The translations under genes were made by a program, and so were the position numbers. A stretch of DNA of 64,000 nucleotides from Eledone cirrhosa (taxonomy: Eukaryota), in the NCBI GenBank assembly GCA_964016885.1, contig OZ024753.1, positions 40,734,001 to 40,798,000 on the forward strand. The letters are read 5' to 3'. Position 1 is the first letter of the stretch. Each line of letters opens with the position of its first letter. The notes beneath the pieces are model-generated. The model ran no database searches. It saw nothing but the letters and a program-made list of their open reading frames with translations, and had not been told where the DNA came from. Below, in pieces: positions 43,111 through 57,001 of the stretch.

Positions 43111-43428
43111 ATCAGGAAAGAAGAGTGACACGGTTTGCTATACAAACAAGGTTTTTAATCTCATTGCTGACAATTGTTTCTCTGAACTGGTAGGTCTAGA
43201 GATCGCTACCCGCTTATTTTCACGTTACTCGATCACCAATAACCAGTCAATTCAGAGCTTGCATTCTCGCAAGCTACGATGAATTGGCTGGTTATAACTT
43301 TGTATTGGTGATCGAGTAACGTGAAAATAAGCGCGTAGCGATCTCTAGACCTACCAGTTCAGAGAAACAATTGTCAGCAATGAGATTAAAAACCTTTTTT
43401 GTATAGCAAACGGTGTCACTCTTCTTTC

Positions 43429-43433
<5 letters not shown>
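43111..43433. repeat. Inverted repeat with arms of about 130 bp and a nested inner hairpin, flanked by (TA)n
   Basis: atcaggaaagaagagtgacac..gatcaccaata / tattggtgatc..gtgtcactcttctttcctgat; inner arms ataaccagtcaattca / tgaattggctggttat. Confidence 0.92.
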
Positions 43434-43519
<86 letters not shown>

Positions 43520-44790
43520 GTATGTTATATCTTGGATGCATTTCTTAATAGTCAAATGTTAAAAATTGCAGAATTCTACGTTCATGATTTCCATTACAGG
43601 ATCGGAGATTTCTTGGGAAATAGTATTGCTATAATTGGAATGATTTGTACTTTAGAATAAAAAATAAAAATTTCTTTCTTTATGGTGATTTTCCTACAAT
43701 TGTTCGTATTGTTTCTTTTAGACTGATACAATCTTAGATCAATTATATGCTTCTAACACATCTTTTTGTAGTTTAAATGCCTTTTTTGTACAATTATCTT
43801 TCATATCACTTTGCAATCATAAGTTTCGATCCGAGGATTAATCTCCTGCCAACCGTTTGCCGTATTACAATCACTAATTATATTATCTGAGACGACAATA
43901 TTTTTTTTTCGTGAGTTATCTTATGAAAAAAAAAGCAAGATCAAATTAAATATAACGAGAAAATTTACAAAAAAAAAAAATGTGCAGCGAATTACATTCT
44001 GTTTTCTTCTAAAGATACATAGGACAAATCTGTTTCATCAATTAGGGTTATATTTAAGCTTCAAGATTGTCGTATGTCAATCAGATAAGTTAGATTTTTA
44101 TTTTACTATATAGGAAACGTTTTGTAATGACGAAATAAGATCTTCACTTTTCTTCTGAGAGATAATGCAGCTTAGAGTAAAATTAGTAATACATTTGTCA
44201 AGGGAATAAAGCAATTGTATGGTTTAATTGCTTCTGATAAATCTATGAGGTTCAGTCAAGTTTTATAAAAGCAGCATCTCAATCTGAAGAGGACGTTCAA
44301 CAACAACAAATATCTTTGCAGATCCTCAGAGACAAGTGTGGTAGTGGATGGGAGAATAAGTATTTTGAGGATTGCCACAGAAGAAAACATCGTATAAAGA
44401 CATATACAGAGATCCTATGAACAGTGACATGAAATAAATCTTGCCCTGAAAGAGACTTGCGGTAAATAAGACCCCTGACATAACTAAAACCAAACAGATA
44501 GTGGTAGAGCTCAACCAGGTAGGGGTTCCTCCAACAGGAGAGAGAAGGACAGGGATTGCATTGGTTTGGAAAACATGAAATGTTTAATCTACCCTCCGGT
44601 ATAAGACGACCATCTGTTCATTTGAAACTTTGTGTTCCATTCATTCGTAATATCTCTTCCATTGCTTCTCATTGTAATAGTTTTTATACTTTACAGTCAC
44701 TGATGCCAGCCTTGCAAATGTTTCTGACCATTGTACACTTCCTCATGTTTTTTCTAAGCCATTGCAATAAATTAATAAATTAATAAATTA

Positions 44791-44977
44791 ATTGTTTCTA
44801 CTTTTGGCACAAGGCCAGCAATTATTCCAGTGCATTACTGGTACTTTATTTTATCGACCCCGTAAGGATGAAAGGCAAAGTTAACCTCGGCGGGATTTGA
44901 ACTCAGATCATAAAGGGAGGTAACTCTATGCTTCAAAGCATGGCGTCCGACCCTTACCGATACTGCCAATCCACCGC
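44791..44977 (-). mobile_element. Full-length SINE with TSD
   Basis: ttg(c/t)aataaattaataaattaataaa occurs on both sides. Confidence 0.92.
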
Positions 44978-45264
44978 CCTTGTAATAAATTAATAAATTA
45001 ATAAATAAATAATTGTAAAGAATGATATCAAGTTTTGCTGAAGATCTACTTGCGTCCACTTGATTATGACTAAGATGTCGACAGCAGAATTGAATTATAT
45101 GTTTTATATGGCTTGGATGATGAAAAGTGTTGCTAAATATTGAAATATGCATCAATACCGGACAGTATTAAATTTTTAAGAATTTCTTGTTATAATCGAA
45201 TACAGATCGATGAAGGGAAATCGAATTCTAATGATAATAATGATAACAGCACTAGTAACATATA

Positions 45265-45281
45265 CTTCTACTACTACTAAA

Positions 45282-45317
<36 letters not shown>

Positions 45318-45318
45318 G

Positions 45319-45375
<57 letters not shown>

Positions 45376-45543
45376 TCACCATGACCACCACGTCGATGAC
45401 AACGATGAGTACTACTACTACCACCACTACTAATTTTACTACTCCTACTACTACTACTTTGACTACTGCCGCTACTACTATTACAACAACTACTACTACT
45501 TCTACTACTACCACAACGACAACGATGACGACAATGACTGCTG

Positions 45544-45574
<31 letters not shown>

Positions 45575-45704
45575 CACCACGTCGATGATGACGATGACTA
45601 CCACTACTAATTTTACTACTATTACTAAGACTACTACCACTACCATTACTACTACCACCACCACCACCACCACCACTACTACTACTACAACTACTACTAC
45701 TACA

Positions 45705-45750
<46 letters not shown>

Positions 45751-45842
45751 TTACCACCACCACAACCACAACCACTACTACTACTACTACTACTACAACT
45801 ACTACTATCATTATTATTATTATTATTATTATTATCATTATC
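45265..45842. repeat. (AAT)n/(ACT/ACC)n/(ATT)n triplet tract
   Basis: Directly visible. Confidence 0.9.
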
Positions 45843-46134
45843 CCAACAACTGTGAAAATAGTTAAATGAAAGTAAAATATGTAAACAAGAGAAGGATCAA
45901 TATTTATCTTCGATTATAGTTTTGAAGTATATAGGGATAATAGCAATATCTACCTATAACAGATTAACTGATCGAAATAATACGATAAACCAAAGAAAAA
46001 TTAAATTAACAATAACCTTCTTATAAAATCAATATTAAGTTTTCGTTGCGAAAACCAATATTTGTCATCATATAACATGTACATGTGTATATGTGTATAT
46101 AATTGTTACTGTGTGTATGTATTTAATTATGTAC

Positions 46135-46186
<52 letters not shown>

Positions 46187-46217
46187 GTACGTATGTATGT
46201 ATATATAAACGTATATA

Positions 46218-46272
<55 letters not shown>

Positions 46273-46303
46273 GTACGCATGTATGTATATATAAACGTAT
46301 GTA

Positions 46304-46382
<79 letters not shown>

Positions 46383-46491
46383 ATGTATGTATAAACGTAT
46401 GTATATATAATCTTTATGCATATAATTCATACGTATCTGCCAGATGTTTTTTGTAGATATTATCTTGGACATTATAACATGATGTATATAC

Positions 46492-46619
<128 letters not shown>

Positions 46620-46713
46620 GTATGTATGAATATATATACATATATACATATATATATATGTATATATATATATATGTTTGTACTGCCTCTCTGTTTTGTC
46701 CCCGTTCAATTTT

Positions 46714-46792
<79 letters not shown>

Positions 46793-47194
46793 GTATGTGT
46801 GTGTCGGGTCTGTACGTACATAGTATGTGTGCGTGAGAGTTTGGTGATGTTTAAGATCAATAATGAAATTTTCTAATAAAATTTGAGATCAACCGAGTCA
46901 GATAATGAAAGTGAATATAGACAAACAGATGTTGACAATATGCTACCAGGAATTAAAAAATCTATGATACTACTGTACAAAAGTCAATTTCCCCTTTGTT
47001 TTCATAAGATATCTTTATCTTTCGCTGCTTATTGTCTCTCAAAGATTACTGCGCTTTCTATTGTGTTTCTCAGTTTGAAACGCATTTGTGGTGTAGACAT
47101 ATGCTGCAAAGTATAGTGAGTTTGTGTATGTGTGTATATATATATATATATATTCTTATACATACATGCATTGATACACACATTTAGGTGTGTA

Positions 47195-47226
<32 letters not shown>

Positions 47227-47439
47227 CTTATATGTATATATATATCAATAGTCGATCGACAAGACCCCGACGGCTGAGCTCCGTTCGTTTTTCGGCAGCT
47301 AGATCCGAACTAACCCAGTATACTGGTGACTCTTGGTGACTCTTTTCTGATATATATATATATATTGAGCTATACCTTTTACTGTCATTTCTATAATACG
47401 AAGAGGGTGTTTAACTCCAACACACTCCAGTATTGTAAC

Positions 47440-47511
<72 letters not shown>

Positions 47512-48008
47512 AAAGTAATATAGAAAAGTTTTCTACAATTTTAGAACTCTTTCATTCGAAAGAAATCTTAAGGACTCAAAAGCTGAATATTCGTACATTG
47601 CTACGTATATATATATATTATATACAAAAACAGAGGAAATTGTCATTGTTTAATCTGAAATTGTCTCAAAGTTGTTAAACAACAACGGTAAGGGTATTCA
47701 AACATTTGCTCACATCACACAGGTGTGTAAAACTGGAGCTAGTTTACCAAAGTAAATGTTATACCAGCTTGTCTATTGTTCTTGTTTTTATTATAGTTGT
47801 TGTTGATCTTTTATTTTATTTTTTCCTACAATTGTTCCATTACTAAAATCACCTCCCTCACCTTACCACTACACTTACATCCCAAAATAACAAATAAACA
47901 TTTCCAAGTAGTTTGGTTTTAAATCTCACAATATTTTGATATTGTGAAGTGGCTTCTACACATTTTAAAATATTCTATGCTCTCATGTCAAAACATTTAT
48001 AAAGTTAT

Positions 48009-48227
48009 TACGAAGTTCCGCTGAAAATTTCATAATCTAAAAAGTTCTTTGGCTGACCAAGATACTCTCATGGAATGACCAAATGGGGTTTATTTTTCAA
48101 CATAGTCTCCAGAAAGAATTAATGCAATTATTAATAGAAAAATTTGAAATTAATGTCCATAAGCTTTCACAGCCCTCGCATCACTCCTTTATAGTGAACC
48201 TATGAATTCTTTCAGTCGACTCTCGTA
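48009..48227. mobile_element. Degenerate mariner-like MITE
   Basis: Imperfect TIRs tacgaagttccgctgaaaatttcata / tatgaattctttcagtcgactctcgta with TA termini. Confidence 0.45.
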
Positions 48228-48272
48228 TGTAAAATTATAGCGAAGTATCGTGGAAAATGCATGGGAATATAA

Positions 48273-48461
48273 ATTATTTCTACTTTTGGCACAAGGCCAG
48301 CAATTATCCCACTGTATTACTGATACTTTATTTTATCGACCCCGTAAGGATGAAAGGCAGAGTTAACCTCGGCGAGATTTGAACTCAGAACGTAAAGGGC
48401 CGTAACTCAATGCCACGATGCATGTTGTCCGACGCTCTACCGATTCTGTCAATCCACCACC
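48273..48461 (-). mobile_element. Full-length SINE with TSD
   Basis: tgggaatata occurs on both sides. Confidence 0.9.
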
Positions 48462-48600
48462 CTGGGAATATAAATAAAACGATATTAGACCATTGACTAT
48501 TAAAATTAATGAGAATGAAATCACATGGATATTCCAATGTGTGGTTTCGATGTCAAATAAATGTCAAATTAAAGCATAATGAATATCAAATGTTTTATTA

Positions 48601-48783
48601 TGGTGGATTGGCAGTATCGGTAGATGGTCGGACGTCATGTTTTGACGCATAGAGTTCCGGCCCTTGCCATTTCAAATCCCGCCGAGTTTAACTTTGGCTT
48701 TCATCCTTACGGGGTCGTTAAAATAAAGTACCAGTTATACACTGGGTAATTGCTGGCCTTGTGCCAAAAGTAGAAACAATTAT
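48601..48783 (+). mobile_element. Full-length SINE (small deletion at the B-box)
   Basis: tggtggattggcagtatcgg..ggccttgtgccaaaagtagaaacaatt. Confidence 0.9.
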
Positions 48784-48872
48784 TTGATGTTAAATAGAAG
48801 TCCAATATAAAATGGATATAGAATAAGTGTGGAATGATTATAGAATGGATGTCAATTTGTTTAGCTAAAATT

Positions 48873-49890
48873 ATGTCAATGGGTTCTTCTGTGAATGTCA
48901 ACATGGAAATGTCAATTGGTTCTTATGTGAATGTCAACATGGAAATGTCAATTGGTTCTTATGTGAATGCCAACATGGAAATGTCAATTGGTTCTTATGT
49001 GAATGTCAACATGGAAATGTCAATTGGTTCTTATGTGAATATCAACATGGAAATGTCAATTGGTTCTTATGTGAATGTCGACATGGAAATGTCAATTGGT
49101 TCTTATGTGAATGTCAACATGGAAATGTCAATTGGTTCTTATGTGAATGTCAACATGGAAATGTCAATTGGTTCTTATGTGAATATCAACATGGAAATGT
49201 CAATTGGTTCTTATGTGAATATCAACATGGAAATGTCAATTGGTTCTTATGTGAATGTCAACATGGAAATGTCAATTGGTTCTTATGTGAATATCAACAT
49301 GGAAATGTCAATTGGTTCTTATGTGAATATCAACATGGAAATGTCAATTGGTTCTTATGTGAATATCAACATGGAAATGTCAATTGGTTCTTATGTGAAT
49401 GTCAACATGGAAATGTCAATTGGTTCTTATGTGAATATCAACATGGAAATGTCAATTGGTTCTTATGTGAATATCAACATGGAAATGTCAATTGGTTCTT
49501 ATGTGAATGTCAACATGGAAATGTCAATTGGTTCTTATGTGAATATCAACATGGAAATGTCAATTGGTTCTTATGTGAATATCAACATGGAAATGTCAAT
49601 TGGTTCTTATGTGAATATCAACATGGAAATGTCAATTGGTTCTTATGTGAATGTCAACATGGAAATGTCAATTGGTTCTTATGTGAATATCAACATGGAA
49701 ATGTCAATTGGTTCTTATGTGAATATCAACATGGAAATGTCAATTGGTTCTTATGTGAATGTCAACATGGAAATGTCAATTGGTTCTTATGTGGATGTCA
49801 ACATGGAAATGTCAATTGGTTCTTATGTGAATGTCAACATGGAAATGTCAATTGGTTCTTATTTGAATGTCAACATGGAAATGTCAATTG
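48873..49890 (+). repeat. 36-bp tandem array (about 28 copies)
   Basis: Unit atggaaatgtcaattggttcttatgtgaat(g/a)tcaac. Confidence 0.95.
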
Positions 49891-50039
49891 AAATCCAGTT
49901 GGTGTCCCGGAAAATGTCAAGATTTAACAGTATTGGAAGACAAATTTGCAGATTCATTGGAGCGTAGAAAAGATGAATTATATAGGCGACCCTGGAGGGG
50001 GTTTCAGGTCAGAACGTAAATGAAGTTCACTACATAGCA

Positions 50040-50361
50040 ATGTTGATGATGATGTTGATGATGAGGATGATGATTATAATGAGGAGGAGGTGGCTGATGG
50101 CTGTGGTGATGGTGCTGGTGGTGGTGGTGGTATGGTGGGAAGATGTCGGATTGGTGGGGGGGGGCTGTTAGGGGTATTGATGATGTTGGTGTTGTTGGTT
50201 GTGGTAATGATGATGACGATGGTGATGATGATGAAGGCGATGATGACGATGATGATGATGGTGATGATGATGAAGGCGATGATGACGATGATGATTATGA
50301 CGATGATGATGATGGTGATGATGATGACACTGATGATGATTAAGATGATGACGATGAAGAA

Positions 50362-50397
<36 letters not shown>

Positions 50398-51130
50398 GAC
50401 GATGATGGTGATGATGACGATGAGTAGGAGGAGGAGGGGGAAGAGGGGAGAAGGATGAGGCGAGAACGAGCAAAGGGATGGTGATGGTGAGGTTGAGTAA
50501 GAATGAGGAGGGGGAGAGAAGGGGGAAGAGGGGTGAATTATTGTTATAAGGATGAAGACGACAGTGGGGGTGATGATGATGGTGATGATGATGATGATGA
50601 TGATGACTATATGGGAGACAATGCCTATTACAATGTTCACAGGGATGAAAGTAATATTTGTTGGGGGTGGCGAAGGGTGAGGGGGAGAGGAGGGGGGATA
50701 ATAACATCGAAATCTATTACTACTAATTCAACAATGATGGCGATGATGATGATGATGATGATGATGATCTCTTTTTTGATGATGATAATGAACAAGCTCA
50801 TCATCATCATCATCATCATCACCATCATCATCAGCATCATCCTCATCATCACCATCATCATCGCCTTCAACAACAACATCATCATCATCATCAGTGACAT
50901 CATCATCATCATCATCATCGCCTTCATCATCATCACCACCAGTGTCATCACCATCATCATCATTATCAATGTCATCATCATCACCACCATCATCATCACC
51001 ATCATCAACATCATCATCATCATCAGTGTCATCATCATCACCACCACCACCATCATCACCATCACCACCACCACCATCATCACCACCACCATCATCACCA
51101 CCACCATCATCATCACCACCATCATAACGA
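50040..51130. repeat. (GAT)n tracts followed by opposite-polarity (CAT)n tracts
   Basis: Directly visible. Confidence 0.9.
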
Positions 51131-52283
51131 TGACGACGCGAACGATGAAATTATCTTATTTGTTTGAAGTATTACTGCCGATAGTTCTCTCTATTCCTTC
51201 AAAGGGTCACATTGAAAACAACACACAACCCCTTTTCCCCCCACATCATATCAATTCCTTACCTAACCCCCTATTTTCCTACCCCAATATTTGTCACGAA
51301 CCCCAACGGGAACGAACACAGACTAACTATGACAAACTTCTAACAGCCTGAGAGACCAACAAACCCTACTAAGCCAGCCAACTGTAAACAGATTTCGAAT
51401 GTTCGACGACGTAGTTTCTGTTATAAGGATTTCGGCAACTCATGAATATTCATAGGCTTATGACTACATTTTTTTAGAAAGGGTTTGGGGGGGGGGGGTT
51501 GTGTGTGTATGTGTTTGATTTTCTGTTGTTCTTGTTGTTGTTTTTGTTATAGTTGTTGTCTATTTTTTATTTTATTTTATTTTATTTTATTTTATTTTAT
51601 TTTTTCCTCCAATTGTTCCATTACTAAAATCACCACCCTCACCTCACCACTACAGCTATACCCAGAAATAACAAATAAAACAGCGACAGTAACAACACCA
51701 ACATCAGCAACATGAAGTTGTATAGTCGACGAAGGAACTTATATGTGGTTGCTTGATCTACTAAAAACAACAGCCAAATCTACGTCAAATTTTATCACAC
51801 TGTCTTAGAAACAAGAATACATTGGATAATATGATCGTGAGTTCATTATGCAGGAAACATCGGTGAGGTGGTCACGGTTAGAACGCTTTTGATATAAGTT
51901 TCCTTGATCAGGACTGACCTACAACAACAATATTAACACCACCAACACCAACGCCACAAACAACCATTTTATTTCTCTTTTGTTTTTGATTTTTGTTGTT
52001 TTTGCTTTTTCTCTCATTCCCTCCCAGCTCCAAGCCGTCTGCCATCATCTCCTGTGAGAATATGTCACCATATGTCGTTGTACCTTGCTTTTAACGCTCT
52101 AACCACTACTCTAACCAGCACTCACACCACTAATCATAATGGCATTGCATCTCTCCAGAGAGAGTAGCAGTGTCTCAGGCAAAGCCAACAATACACATTC
52201 TGCTGCAATATGTTGTCTTAAAAACCGACACCGAACGAATTTATATTTATATATTATAATACATCTTATTTACTCTAATTTTT

Positions 52284-52400
<117 letters not shown>

Positions 52401-52402
52401 TG

Positions 52403-52440
<38 letters not shown>

Positions 52441-52512
52441 TTGATAGATATATAGATAGATACTATATATATAGTATATATATATATATATAGTATATGT
52501 AGCATAAATATA

Positions 52513-52590
<78 letters not shown>

Positions 52591-53032
52591 GTATAAATAT
52601 AGTATATAGTATATATATATATGGTATATATAGTATATATATATATATATATATAGTATATATAGTATATATATATATATATGGTATATATAGTATATAT
52701 ATATATATATAGTATATATAGTATATATATATATATATATAGTATATATAGTATATATATATATATATAGTATATATAGATATATATATAGTATATATAG
52801 TATATATATAGTATATATATATATATAGTATATATATATATAGTATATATATATATATAGTATATATATATATATATATATAGTATATATATATATATAG
52901 TATATATATATATAGTATATATAGTATATATATATATATATATATATATGGTATATATATATATATATATATATGGTATATATATATATATATATATATA
53001 TATGGTATATATATATATATATATAGTATATA

Positions 53033-53098
<66 letters not shown>

Positions 53099-53103
53099 TA
53101 TAT

Positions 53104-53174
<71 letters not shown>

Positions 53175-53533
53175 AATATGGTATATATATATATATAGTA
53201 TATATATATATATATGTGTGTGTCTGTGTTTATATATTTATTCATTCATATATTTGCAGACAAATAAGAGAAAGGAGTGCAATGTGGACGCTCCACTGGT
53301 ATTTTTGAAATTATTCTTGTTGTTATTGTGTCTGCTGGCTGCTGACTAAAACTGGTACTGTCTCCATCACCATAGCGGCAGCATAACCACTACAAATATA
53401 ACGACCATCATCAGACCTCTTCCTCATCACCAGAATCACCACCATCATCATCATCATATTCATTCATCATAATCATCTTCATCATTGACCCACGGGAAAG
53501 AGTGTTTATATATCTATCTAACTATATATGTAC

Positions 53534-53581
<48 letters not shown>

Positions 53582-53595
53582 ATCTATCTTTCTAG

Positions 53596-53665
<70 letters not shown>

Positions 53666-53698
53666 TATATATATAACACCAATCAAACCCCTTTTATA

Positions 53699-53745
53699 GC
53701 TCTGATGGATCCTACGGTTACACGTAAGGAAGAAACATTGTAAGC
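53699..53745 (+). ncRNA. Degenerate hammerhead-like motif
   Basis: gct-CTGATGG-atcctacg/cgtaagga-a-GAAA-cattg-TA-agc. Confidence 0.4.
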
Positions 53746-53896
53746 CAATAAAAATCTGTTGATGTTGTAGACGCTCTTGTGTTCTTTTTCATATATACGG
53801 CTCTGCTCCAAAGCATAGAGCTAATTATTATGCTGCCAATACCTTAACGGGACACGGGTATATAATACCTAACTCCTACTAACCTAAGTATATATA

Positions 53897-54003
53897 TATA
53901 TATGAATAAAGTTAGTCCTTCATCAGTGATCTTCCAGCCATCATTGGTATTTCATCGCTGGTTGGAAGATCACTGATGAAGGACTAACTTTATTCATATA
54001 TAT
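53897..54003. repeat. TA-flanked inverted repeat containing CTGATGA
   Basis: gaataaagttagtccttcatcagtgatcttcca / tggaagatcactgatgaaggactaactttattc. Confidence 0.9.
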
Positions 54004-54119
54004 ATATATATATAAGTATTAAGTTGTTAAACAATATTCGATGATTATGTCAAAGAATGAGTTTTACCTTGATTAAATCTTAACCATTTAACATCTCAGG
54101 GTATGTCATGTATCATTGT

Positions 54120-54172
54120 ATTTTGTCTGATGAGGACGTACTGTTGTACATCCGAAATATGTATAATAAAAT
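54120..54172 (+). ncRNA. Putative type-I hammerhead ribozyme (best match in the window; family A relative)
   Basis: attttgt-CTGATGA-gga.c.gtac/gtac.a.tcc-GAAA-tatgta-TA-ataaaat; canonical core, G-C closing pair in stem II, 7-bp stem I. Confidence 0.72.
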
Positions 54173-54288
54173 GTAATTGATCAAAAGAACATCTATTTTA
54201 TTAATACTTATATTTTAATATTATATATATATATATATATATACATTATATTATATATTATACATATATATAGAGATAGATAGATAGT

Positions 54289-54378
<90 letters not shown>

Positions 54379-54457
54379 AATATATTACACAAATAGAATT
54401 AAGAGTATTCCGCAGTCCGAACTCAGAAGAAAATTCTCTATTCTTCTTTGAGCTAAT

Positions 54458-54620
54458 AATTGTTTCTACTTTTGGCACAAGGCCAGCAACCATCCAGTGT
54501 ATTACTGGTACTTTATTTTATCGATCCCGTAAGGATGAAAGGCAAAGTTAACCTTGGCGGGATTTGAACTCAGAATGGCAAGGGCAGTAACTCTATGCTG
54601 GAAAGCATGGCGTCCGACCT
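54458..54620 (-). mobile_element. SINE, 5'-truncated, with TSD
   Basis: tctttgagctaataat occurs on both sides. Confidence 0.9.
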
Positions 54621-54701
54621 TTAAGCTAATAATATCTTTGAGCTAATAATATTATTATTATTACTGTGAGCTGCGGAATACTCTTAATTCCGATCCTTCT
54701 A

Positions 54702-54819
<118 letters not shown>

Positions 54820-54835
54820 GTTATATATATATATA

Positions 54836-54895
<60 letters not shown>

Positions 54896-54927
54896 GTTAT
54901 ATATATATATATAATTATATATATATA

Positions 54928-55027
<100 letters not shown>

Positions 55028-55079
55028 ATTATATATATATAGTTATATATATATAATTATATATATATATATATATAAT

Positions 55080-55116
<37 letters not shown>

Positions 55117-55121
55117 ATAGT

Positions 55122-55153
<32 letters not shown>

Positions 55154-55356
55154 ATTATATATATATATATATAGTTATATATATATATATATAGTTATAT
55201 ATATATATATATATATAATTATATATATATATATATAGTTATATAGTAATACATATACCACTATATGGTTGTATGTCTATGAAATAGAGAGATAGAGAGA
55301 GGGGGAGAGAGATATAGAAGAGTGTAGGAGAGGGGAAGAGACAACAGAGAGTAATA

Positions 55357-55388
55357 CAGCCACCCAGCCAGACAGCCAGACACCCAGA

Positions 55389-55428
<40 letters not shown>

Positions 55429-55555
55429 AAGATAGACACCAGCCAGCCAGCCAGCCAGTCAGCCAGCCATCCAGCCAGCCAGCCAGTCAGCCAGCCAGCC
55501 AGCCAGCAAGATAGACACCAGCCAGCCAGCCAGTCAGACAGCCAGCCAGCCAGCC

Positions 55556-55592
<37 letters not shown>

Positions 55593-55948
55593 GCAAGCCA
55601 GCCAGCCACCCTATCACCCAGCCAGCCAGTCACCCAGCCAGCCAGCCAGCAAGATAGACACCAGCCAGCAGCCAGCCAGCCAGCCAGCCAGCCAGCAAGC
55701 CAGCCTGTCAGCCAGCCTGTCAGCCAGCCAGCCAGACACCCAGACAGCCAGCCAGCCAGCCAGCCAGCCAGCAAGATAGCCAGCCAGCAAGACAGACAAC
55801 CAGCCAGCAGCCAGCCAGCCAGCCAGCCAGCCAGCAAGCCAGCCTGTCAGCCAGACTGTCACCCAGCCAGCCAGACACCCAGACAGCCAGCCAGCAAGAC
55901 AGACAACCAGCCAGCCAGACAGACAACCAGCCAGCCAGACAGACAGAC
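55357..55948. repeat. (AGCC)n/(AGAC)n microsatellite
   Basis: Directly visible. Confidence 0.92.
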
Positions 55949-56786
55949 GACTTCAGTAGACAGATGGCAAAGAAATGGAATGATGGAAGGACGAATATTT
56001 TCACACCATCTGGACCTTGGGATGGAGTCGATATCAAAATATAACTTATTTCTTTCTTCCCTCCCCCCTTTAATTTATTTCTTCCTTCCTGTCACTCTTA
56101 CTATATCTTTTCTCCCTCTCCCCTTTCTTTTCCTTTTTCTATCTACTCTATCTCTCTATCACTCTCCTCTCTCTCCCTCTCCCTCACTCTTTGTATTTCA
56201 CTTTTACTATGTCTTTTCTCCCTCTCCCCTTTAATTCCTTTTTTTTCTATCTATGTCTTTTTTCACTCTCCCCCCTCTCTCTCTCTTTCGCACGCCCTCT
56301 CTCTCTCCCCCTGCTTTTATTTTTATTAATATTTATTTGTGTCTGCCCTTCATGACATGTTTTCATAGCAAGGAAGTGTGACTAGGGTAAGTAGGCTGAG
56401 AAGGGTGGGTAGCTGTTAAATGAGAATAGTAAAGAAGAAAAGCTAAATTTAAAGAAGCAATTTCTTTCACATTCCTTCTTCATTCTTGGGCGGTAGATTA
56501 GAGGTAGAATCGGTAGAACTTCCAACACAATGCTTTGTGGCATACAGTTACATCCTATTACGTTCTGAGTTCAAATCCAACTGAAGTTAGCTTCGCCACT
56601 GTGAACACCAAAAAACTTTTTGAATGATTCGAACCAACATCTGCTGGTTTACAACTCCACTGGGCTTAGGTTATTGGTAACAGGAAGACCAATATTAACC
56701 TGTTTGTAAATAGACTTAGCTTTATCATAAATAAATGAGCCACTTACTGAATCCCAACCTAATTGCTTTTCTCTTATTCACATTAA

Positions 56787-57001
56787 TGATTTCTAGTATA
56801 GGCCCAAGACCAGCAATTTGGTGAGAGGTGAAAGTCGATTAAATCGACCCAGTACGTTACTGGTGCTTTATTTTATCAACCACGCAAGGATGAAAGGCAA
56901 AGTTAACCTCGGCGGGATTTGAACTCAGACCGTAAAGGAACGTACCTCTATGCTGCAAAGCATGGTGTCCAACTCTCTACCGATAGTGCCAATCCACCAC
57001 C
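56787..57001 (-). mobile_element. Full-length SINE (variant tail) with TSD
   Basis: tcttattcacattaat occurs on both sides; an older + strand partial copy lies at about 56488-56597. Confidence 0.9.

Noticed and set aside
48834-49967. 377-aa ORF of MEMSIGSYVNVN repeats
   Set aside because: 36-bp minisatellite; unit variation is mostly non-synonymous (V/I), with no signal peptide or flanking domain.
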